Assembly: GCA_050950285.1 (NCBI GenBank)
Contig: JBMNHG010000003.1
Location: forward strand, 554,337 to 618,336
Source: Kiritimatiellia bacterium
Lineage (GTDB): Bacteria > Verrucomicrobiota > Kiritimatiellia > RFP12 > JBMNHG01
Length of the DNA stretch: 64,000 bases
Direction: 5' to 3'
Shown: positions 21,531 to 28,794 of the stretch, in pieces
Layout of the letters: each line of letters starts with the position of its first letter
Position numbering within the stretch: the first letter of the stretch is position 1
Notes under the pieces: generated by a model
Database searches by the model: none
Seen by the model: the letters and a program-made list of their open reading frames with translations, nothing else
Told to the model about the DNA's origin: nothing
Made by a program: the position numbers and the translations under genes

Positions 21531-22534
21531 ATATCACGGCCTATGTTGACGAGAACGGCACCATCGTGGCCGAGTACACATACGACGCCTTCGGCCGCAC
21601 CATCGCCGCCACTGGCTCCATGGCCGACACCTTCCGCCATCGCTTCAGCACGAAGTACTATGAAACGGAAACCGGGCTCTACTACTACGGCTACCGTTTC
21701 TACGCGCCGAAGCTGATGCGGTGGCTGAACCGGGATCCGATTGATGAGGAGGGTGGGCTAAACCTCTATGGTTTCTGCGGAAATGATAGTGTGAACCGGC
21801 TGGATGCGATGGGAATGGCAACCGTCAAGGTTTACGCATGGAAACCAACAACCCTCTGGGAGAAAATCAAGGGAGAGGGCAACTACAATATGGTCGAGAT
21901 ACATTCAGCAGAAGAAGTTCCTGTTGAATACGGTAAGTTTTCTGGGAACACTTGGGGGGCTTTCGACGATAATCATCTCGTAGTTGCCGCTTGCGATTGT
22001 GCCGACAGCATAGACATCTTTCCAACGATAATCATCCGAGCGGGATTACCGAAGCAGGGTGTTCCAGGCGCAAAATATCTTTTCCGAAGGCATCAGGCGT
22101 GTGGTGGGGAAGTTACATCAGGTGGGGGGTATGTTTTGCCTAGCGGACAACTCATTGAAGGTTCCGTTCTTGCACATGAGAGAGGGCATGCACAAGCGTT
22201 TTTCGAATTGGTGCTGCCTCGTTTTCGAAAGGCTGTGGAAAATCACTTTCCTGGAAAACTAAAGAGCAAAGATACCAAGGAGGTTCGACGGCTCTTTCTG
22301 CAAGCACGTAAAGACACGATGAAAGAGCATATTGAAATGGTTTTCAAACGTGAATTTGAATGGTATCGCCGTAACGGATTCACTATCACTGAACCTGCGT
22401 CGCCGGGAGGTTTTTATGAAGCAACACCACTAGCATCCCATAGGCTTGCCGAAATCACTCCTGCCTTCCCCCATTGGAAGTCAGCGCACGCGCTCAAGAC
22501 GGGAGCGTCGGGCCGGATTGAAAAAAAGGGCTGA
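21531..22534 (+). CDS. Orphan RHS cassette 2, exon 2: core end + HExxH metallopeptidase-like tip; C-terminus altered by the IS
   Basis: ITAYVDENG...RLDAMGM, then low-GC tip with AHERGH. The native end YEATR* is replaced by read-through into the IS from 22428. Confidence 0.85.
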
Positions 22535-24001
22535 CCTCCCGGCCGTCTGCCTGTAGCCTACAGGCATTATGAAAAAAAAAGCGACCAAGGCGCGTAAACG
22601 CGCAACCAAGAGGCCAGCGAGAACATCGTACACCACCCTGCGCCAGATCGTCCAGTGGATTCCCGCGGGATTGCCGGACAAGATCGCGCGCGACATCGGG
22701 GCGGACATCCGCGGATTCTCCTGCGCCAGCCATGTGCTGGCGCTGCTCTACGGCCATATCGCCCGCGCGGGCAGCCTGAACGAGATCTGCGACGCGGCCC
22801 GGCTGCACGAGCCGGAGCTGAACCGCATCCGGGGCGCGACGGCCCCGAAGCGCAACACCTTCTCCAACGCCAACCGGAGGCGCGACCCGGAGATCGCGGA
22901 GCGGCTCTACTGGGAGGTGTTCGAGCACCTCCGGACCATCTGCCCGTCCTTCACGCAGTACAAGAAGCACAAAGGCTTCATCTTCCGCCTGAAGCGCGGG
23001 ATATTCGCCATCGACTCGACCACGCTGAAGCTCACGCTCGACTCGATCGACTGGGCCAGGCACCGCCGGAAGAAGGCCGCCGCCAAAACCCACATGGCCC
23101 TCGACGTCGGCAGCAGGCTGCCGACGTTCGCGGTCGTGGAGGACGCCGCGCACCACGACTCGACGCGGGCGGACGCGCTGTGCGCGGGGCTGAAGGACGG
23201 CGACGTGCTGCTGGCGGACCGCGCCTACGTCGACTTCCTCTTCCTGCACGGACTCGCCGCGCGCGGCATCTTCTTCGTCCTGCGGGAGAAGGAGAACATG
23301 GACTTCGAGGTGCTGGAGGAGAGAGGGCATCCGGACCGGCGCATACTCAAGGACCAGACCATACGCCTGCGGGGCAGGCTGACGGCGGGAAAGTACCCCG
23401 GGCCCCTGCGCCGCGTCGCCGCCGTCGTCGAGGTGGACGGGCAGGATCGGGAAATGACGTTCATCACCAACCATTTCGCGTGGAGCCCCCGCACCGTCTC
23501 CGAGCTCTACCGCGCCCGGTGGGTCATCGAGTCGTTCTTCAAGGAACTCAAGCAGACGCTCCAGCTCAAGGATTTCGTCGGGTACAACGAGAACGCGGTC
23601 AAGTGGCAGGTCTGGGTCGGGCTGCTGGCGCATCTGCTGCTGCGCTTCCTCAAGCACGTCTCGGAATGGGGACTGAGCTTTTCCCGGCTCGCCGGGGTCG
23701 TCAGGTCCGCCGTCTGGATGAAGATCGACCTGCTCGACGCCCTGCGGAAGTATGGGACAGCAGGCGGCCCAAAGCGCCCTGTAATTTCCGGGAAACAGCT
23801 CTATTTCCAAGGATTCGAGCCATTCGCGAGCCGGCCCGTGGGATAGCACATGCCCCAAAACCCCTGTTTTCGGGCATCCGGGCCGATCGCGCAGGCAAAC
23901 ACGTTTTCCGGGAACGCCTTTGAAATCGCGATAAATCCCTGCAAATCAATGGGGGAAAGGGGGCAATATGCCCGTTTTCAGCCGCCTATGGGATGCTAGT
24001 G
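22428..24001 (+). mobile_element. IS4-family insertion sequence, 1574 bp
   Basis: Perfect 18-bp TIR CACTAGCATCCCATAGGC (22428-22445 / 23984-24001); 9-bp TSD AAGCAACAC (22419-22427 / 24002-24010). Confidence 0.95.
22569..23846 (+). CDS. IS4-family DDE transposase
   Basis: AIDSTT, ADRAYVD, LYRARWVIESFFKELKQ (YREK motif). Confidence 0.95.
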   Translation: MKKKATKARKRATKRPARTSYTTLRQIVQWIPAGLPDKIARDIGADIRGFSCASHVLALLYGHIARAGSLNEICDAARLHEPELNRIRGATAPKRNTFSNANRRRDPEIAERLYWEVFEHLRTICPSFTQYKKHKGFIFRLKRGIFAIDSTTLKLTLDSIDWARHRRKKAAAKTHMALDVGSRLPTFAVVEDAAHHDSTRADALCAGLKDGDVLLADRAYVDFLFLHGLAARGIFFVLREKENMDFEVLEERGHPDRRILKDQTIRLRGRLTAGKYPGPLRRVAAVVEVDGQDREMTFITNHFAWSPRTVSELYRARWVIESFFKELKQTLQLKDFVGYNENAVKWQVWVGLLAHLLLRFLKHVSEWGLSFSRLAGVVRSAVWMKIDLLDALRKYGTAGGPKRPVISGKQLYFQGFEPFASRPVG

Positions 24002-24442
24002 AAGCAACACGGTAAAATCATCAGAATTACAGCCATGTTTCTACTGCTAATCGTCACGCACATTTTGGTTTACGTCGCTGGGATTTATCGCTTTTATAAA
24101 AAAGATTTCTGCAAGTCGGAAACGGGCATGCTCCCAATAGCCTTGGCGACAAATGCGGAATTCATGGCAGCATGTGAAACAATCCGAAACTCAACAAATA
24201 CGGTTGAAGTATACAACGCTGCAACTCTTTTTGTTCCCCCTCTTTCAAAATTCCTACAGGAGCATCCCGATGGTATCCATATTGCCGTTATAATTAATTT
24301 ACTCGGATGGAAGGAACCGGTTATGGGGCATAATATGATCTACTTTTTGAAACAAGAGGACTGCCAAGTTTACTATATGAAATTTACTTCTTTGCGCCCT
24401 CACCATATAAATTCTGTTTCTATTGGCATCGGCGAGATGTGA
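23999..24442 (+). CDS. Putative immunity protein for cassette 2 (start codon now supplied by the IS end)
   Basis: The original ATG AAG CAA CAC lies at 22416; after the IS it reads GTG AAG CAA CAC GGT. N-terminal TM helix; low GC. Confidence 0.7.
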   Translation: MKQHGKIIRITAMFLLLIVTHILVYVAGIYRFYKKDFCKSETGMLPIALATNAEFMAACETIRNSTNTVEVYNAATLFVPPLSKFLQEHPDGIHIAVIINLLGWKEPVMGHNMIYFLKQEDCQVYYMKFTSLRPHHINSVSIGIGEM

Positions 24443-24557
24443 CTATAGAGTCCGGCAAGCCGTGCTGGATTGAGATTAGGGGTTCCAAGCAGATTTCGGA
24501 TTCTGGCAACTGCTGCAACTATAAGGACTCTTCACCTGACGAGCGGGGGTGGTACTG

Positions 24558-24869
24558 ATGGTCTATCGTCAAGTTCGGATGATTCTATTGGGCTTCATGT
24601 TTTGCCTGTCGGGTTGTCGCAATGAACATGCAGTACAACCCGACAAGGAAATTGGCTTGGCGGCACTGCAAGACTATTGCCTCGGCGAACGATTGACTGT
24701 CGAGGATTTTGGCCATGCCCGGGTTTACACTGATGCAAAATATGACGTTTGTGTCGAATACATAACAAAACCCAATGTCGTTCCGCGGCATGTCTTGCTT
24801 CTATTCATTAAGGATGGTCGCATTGTTGAAAAACAACGCGATATTCAAGACGTGTCGGTGCTACAATGA
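24558..24869 (+). CDS. Orphan immunity-like lipoprotein
   Basis: MVYRQVRMILLGFMFCLSGC lipobox; TGATG-coupled to an upstream stub. Confidence 0.65.
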   Translation: MVYRQVRMILLGFMFCLSGCRNEHAVQPDKEIGLAALQDYCLGERLTVEDFGHARVYTDAKYDVCVEYITKPNVVPRHVLLLFIKDGRIVEKQRDIQDVSVLQ

Positions 24870-25376
24870 CTCCAACCATGTACATGGCTTTTCGCCCGTT
24901 GCTCGTCAATAATCTTTGGGTGTCGGTCAGCGCCGTCACGAACATCTACACCGCCAACGAACTGAACCAGTATTTCCTGATTTCCAATCATGTCAATCAT
25001 GTCAATCCTGTCCAAATTTCTCCCGTATACGATTTAGACGGCAATATGACATGGGACGGGCGTTTCAGCTATGCGTATGATGCCGAGAACAGGCTTGCCG
25101 CCGCCTATTCCAACGGCCTGTGCGTAGTCTTCAACGCCTACGACCACATGAGCAGACGCGTGTTGAAAGTCACCCCAACCGCGACGCACACCTACCTCTA
25201 TGACGATTGGAATCTGGTGCAGGAAACAATTTCAACCGCATCCGGCACGACAACCAACCATTACGTTTGGGGACGTGATTTGTCTGGAAGTATGCAGGGT
25301 GCCGGCGGCGTCGGCGGCTTGCTGGCGGTACAGACGGGCGGCATGTGGTACTTCCCCTTCTATGATAACAACGGAA
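24866..25376 (+). pseudogene. Orphan RHS cassette 3 fragment (5' exon of the second intron; rest of core and tip deleted)
   Basis: Homology to cassettes 1/2 from about 24932; ends at YDNNG-A. Confidence 0.85.
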
Positions 25377-26073
25377 GTGCGCCAAGCGAAGCTCGGCGCT
25401 TCTTGCGGGGTGGAAGTCCCCGCCGAGTAAGGACCAGCCATCCACTCGTACCGAGTGTTGGCACTATGGAAGAGGAGTCGAATCCGAATGAAGTAGTGTA
25501 AGCGTACACAGGGAACTTCGCAGGCCGCAGGGAGGATGCACCCTCCCGAAGCGGTTCAGCCCCGTTAATTGATCATGCGCAGGGCGACATGTTTTCCGTC
25601 ATGGAAGCCAGCAACAAGGACGCGCAACCGGCTTGCGTCCGGTGACTGCGCCGGGGTCTACGGCGCGCGGCATGCGGAGAGAGAAGCGAACGGGAACTTG
25701 GGAGACCCGCCGCCGTCCGCGTCCGCGAGGGCGCGGTAGCGGCCGCCGAGCCGGAAGGGAAGGCGGCGCGACGCGGCGGCGGGAGTCAGACCGTCCCATA
25801 GTACTCCGGGACGGGCGAGCCGATCACACGGGGAAGGGGGCGGCGGGGCTGCGAAGCCCGCAAAGGGAACAGGAAAGATGGACACGACAGGCTGTCAAAC
25901 ACTGCAAACCTCACTGCGGGGAATAGCGGGTCGGAAGTCGGGCGCGGTTCCCTGTCAGGGGAACGCGACGGCGACCGAGTGCAAAGCGAGCAGTCCCGAA
26001 GAGCCCGGTGCGGGAATTCCGCACGCCGGGATCCGTGCGGGGGGCGCCCGGCAACGGGCGTCCCTGCCGCGAT
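25377..26073 (+). mobile_element. ORF-less group II intron derivative, 697 nt
   Basis: Near-identical to 19599-21530 except that 1278 nt of the RT ORF (20152-21429) are replaced by a 43-nt hairpin (25930-25972). Domain V is intact; ends CCCTGCCGCGAT. Confidence 0.93.
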
Positions 26074-26141
26074 ACGGCGTACTTGGAAATGCTCAGGATA
26101 CGAGAAGGACCCCTGCCTACCTCCTCCGAAGGAGTTCTGAT

Positions 26142-26579
26142 ATGACTTCGCATTGTTTTTCGGTTGTCCAGCTGGCGAGTTCGTTGCCCATGATACTACT
26201 CCTGTTCAGCTCTTTGGGGTGCAAGAGCAGGGAGTACATCGCGCGAGAGCCTGCCGTCCATGAAATGTTGCGGGAAATGCGTGTTCCTGCGATTGACATG
26301 CGAGAAGCGCATCTTCAGGATGTGGTCGAGTATCTCAACGCCGCGCTAAATGAATACGGTCTAGGCGAAGCAAGAAAAGAAACGATCATCGTATTCGAGT
26401 GTCCCGCGCACTTGTCTCGGCGAAAACTGAATCCCGTCCCAATTGCCAAGGACAAATCGATTGACACTGGGATGACGAAGATCGTGAGTGTCATGGATAT
26501 TGCAGATGAAGTCTGCTCGCGCGCAAACGTCAACCTCGTCATCAAGAGCAACCGCGCAATCTTCACCGGCAAGCGATGA
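26142..26579 (+). CDS. Orphan immunity-like lipoprotein with an STN/secretin-N-like domain
   Basis: GGAG RBS; LLLFSSLGC lipobox; VPAIDMREAHLQDVVEYL...VSVMDIADEVCSRANVNLVI pattern. Confidence 0.55.
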   Translation: MTSHCFSVVQLASSLPMILLLFSSLGCKSREYIAREPAVHEMLREMRVPAIDMREAHLQDVVEYLNAALNEYGLGEARKETIIVFECPAHLSRRKLNPVPIAKDKSIDTGMTKIVSVMDIADEVCSRANVNLVIKSNRAIFTGKR

Positions 26580-26927
26580 AAATCACCTGCGGCTACGCCT
26601 GAGACCCCGTCGGCAGCCGCACGAGCGCGACCGGGTACGACGAAAACGGCGCGCCGTTTTTGGCGGGGTCTACGCTTTTCACCGGTCACGCGGGTGCATG
26701 TCGCTTCGGTTCCTTGCTTGTTTCCACCAGGAAGGAAGTGCACATCACTGCGTGACTTTTCCAAAACCCAGTCGTTGCGCCCGCCAGTCGCGCACGGTTG
26801 CGCATTGACGCTCCGGCGATGATGTGGTTAACTTGACTCTTTATGCCTGCAAAGAGCCCCATGTTCAACCGGCAGCCGGACCGACTGAAGCGGATCGGCT
26901 TGTTGGACCGTGCCAGCGAGAAGCGGG

Positions 26928-28769
26928 ATGCCCGTGATTGAAAGGACACGCGGGCGCTGGATAGGACGGTTGTCGGGCTGGATCGGGGTTGTCGGGGCCC
27001 TGCTGTTCCTGGCGCTGTCTCTGGTCAAGGGCGACTGGCCCTTCGAGCCCTCCCGCGGCGGCGGCTGGCCGGTGCCGCTCTCGGTGAAGGCGTGCCTCCC
27101 GCGCAGCCTGCTGGCGCTGGTCGTCGGCTTGGCGCTGGCCTGGATGCCCGGCCTGGAACCGTGGCGGAAGCGGGTGGGCCAGTGGCTCTTCCACTCTCCG
27201 CGCCGGCGTATCCAATGGGTGTTTGGCGTGGCGGCGTTTCTCCTCTACGCGGGCATCGCCTGGTTCCGCTTCAAGGGGCTTCCCTACCTCGACGACGATG
27301 TCGCCGCGCTCTTCCAAGCCCGCATCTTCGCCTCGGGCCGCATTGTCCTGCCGCTTCCCGAACACGGCCAATTCTTCGACCAGTTCGGCTTGCTGGGGAC
27401 GATTCATGGACATCCCTTCGTCTGCACCATGTATCCGCCGGGCCTCTCGTTGCTGTTGCTGCCCGGCGTGCTGGCCGGCGTGCCCTGGCTGATGGTGCCG
27501 ATAACCGGCGGGCTGCTGGTCGCGGCGACCATCGCGCTGGGCGCCGAGTTGCTCGGCGAACGGGCCGGGCGCCTGGCCGGTCTCTTCATGCTCGGCTCGC
27601 CGTTCATCGGCATCCTTGCCGGCACGCACCTCTCGCACATTCCGACGGCCCTGCTCCTGGTCGTCTGCTGGCTGGCCGCCGTGCGGCTGCTGCGCACGGG
27701 GCTGACGCGCCACGGGGTCGTGGCCGGCGCCGCCTGGGGCGCCGCCTGCCTCTTCCGTCCGCTGACGGCGCTGGTCGTGGGGGCTGTCATCGCCCTGGGG
27801 GTGATGGTGCAATGGCGGCGCGCGCTGGCCGCCTGGCGCGGCGTGCTGGCAGCGTTGCTGCTGGCCGGGGCGGGCGTCGCGCTTCTGGCCCTCTGGCAGC
27901 ATGCGACCGTCGGCGATGCGCTGACCCCCGGGCATGTCATCGGCATGCGCCGCTACGGCAGCATGGGCTTTGTGCGCTTTACCGACAAGCTGGAGCATAC
28001 GCCGGAGATCGCCTGGCATCACACCCTCGCCCGCATGCGGGCGGTCAACGACCGCCTGCTGGGGTGGCCGCTGCCGGCCTTTGCGCTGGTGCTCTGGGCT
28101 CTTCTTGTGCGGCGTGCGCGGCCGGCTGGCTTCTGGCTGTTTTCCGGCTGGCTCGCCCTGCTGGCCATCTACGCCTTCTACTGGTACTACGAGGAGTACT
28201 GGCCGGCGCGCTACACGACGGCCGGCATCCCGCTGCTGCTGATCCTGGCGGCGCGCGGCTGGACGCTGCTGCGCGGGAATGCGGGCGGAACCGGCAAGAC
28301 GGCGCGCCGGGCACGGCCCGTGGCGCACGCCGTGCTCGCGGTCGGGCTCGCCTATGCCGCCCTGGTCGCCTGGCCCTGGGAGTGGAACTGGCTGGGCTGC
28401 CAGCCCGGCGACATGGAGCATGTGCTGCCCAGGGCGCTGGAGGCCTTCGGGATCGACCGCGGCATCGTCTTCATGCGGTGTAAAGGACGCATCCTCAAGC
28501 AGGGCGACGCGTACAACGACTATTACGCCGCCGGCTTCATCCGCAACGACCTTCACATGGACGGACCGCTGGTCTTCGCGCGCAACCAGCGCAGGGACAA
28601 CGAACTGCTGATGAACGACCCCTCCCGCGGCCCCTTCTATCTCTACACCTTCCACCGCGCCACCCACCAGGCCACCCTGGATCAATACGTGCTCGTCGAC
28701 GGCTCCTGGCAGCTCGAGCGAATGGGGCAATATCCCGCCGAGGGATGCTGTCCGTGCGGCATGCCCTAG
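26928..28769 (+). CDS. GT-C (ArnT/PMT-like) membrane glycosyltransferase
   Basis: YLDDDVAALFQARIFASG acidic loop, MYPPGLSLLL, many TM helices. Confidence 0.7.
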   Translation: MPVIERTRGRWIGRLSGWIGVVGALLFLALSLVKGDWPFEPSRGGGWPVPLSVKACLPRSLLALVVGLALAWMPGLEPWRKRVGQWLFHSPRRRIQWVFGVAAFLLYAGIAWFRFKGLPYLDDDVAALFQARIFASGRIVLPLPEHGQFFDQFGLLGTIHGHPFVCTMYPPGLSLLLLPGVLAGVPWLMVPITGGLLVAATIALGAELLGERAGRLAGLFMLGSPFIGILAGTHLSHIPTALLLVVCWLAAVRLLRTGLTRHGVVAGAAWGAACLFRPLTALVVGAVIALGVMVQWRRALAAWRGVLAALLLAGAGVALLALWQHATVGDALTPGHVIGMRRYGSMGFVRFTDKLEHTPEIAWHHTLARMRAVNDRLLGWPLPAFALVLWALLVRRARPAGFWLFSGWLALLAIYAFYWYYEEYWPARYTTAGIPLLLILAARGWTLLRGNAGGTGKTARRARPVAHAVLAVGLAYAALVAWPWEWNWLGCQPGDMEHVLPRALEAFGIDRGIVFMRCKGRILKQGDAYNDYYAAGFIRNDLHMDGPLVFARNQRRDNELLMNDPSRGPFYLYTFHRATHQATLDQYVLVDGSWQLERMGQYPAEGCCPCGMP

Positions 28770-28794
28770 CCGGACCGGGGGCGGCGGCCTCGGT

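Noticed and set aside
15553..25376. CRISPR-like or tandem array interpretation of the repeated segments
   Set aside because: The repeats are long coding RHS homology arms, not short repeat-spacer units, and there are no cas genes.
25878..26579. 233-aa ORF starting like the RT
   Set aside because: Artefact of read-through from the residual RT start across intron domains V/VI into the lipoprotein gene, which has its own RBS and ATG at 26142.
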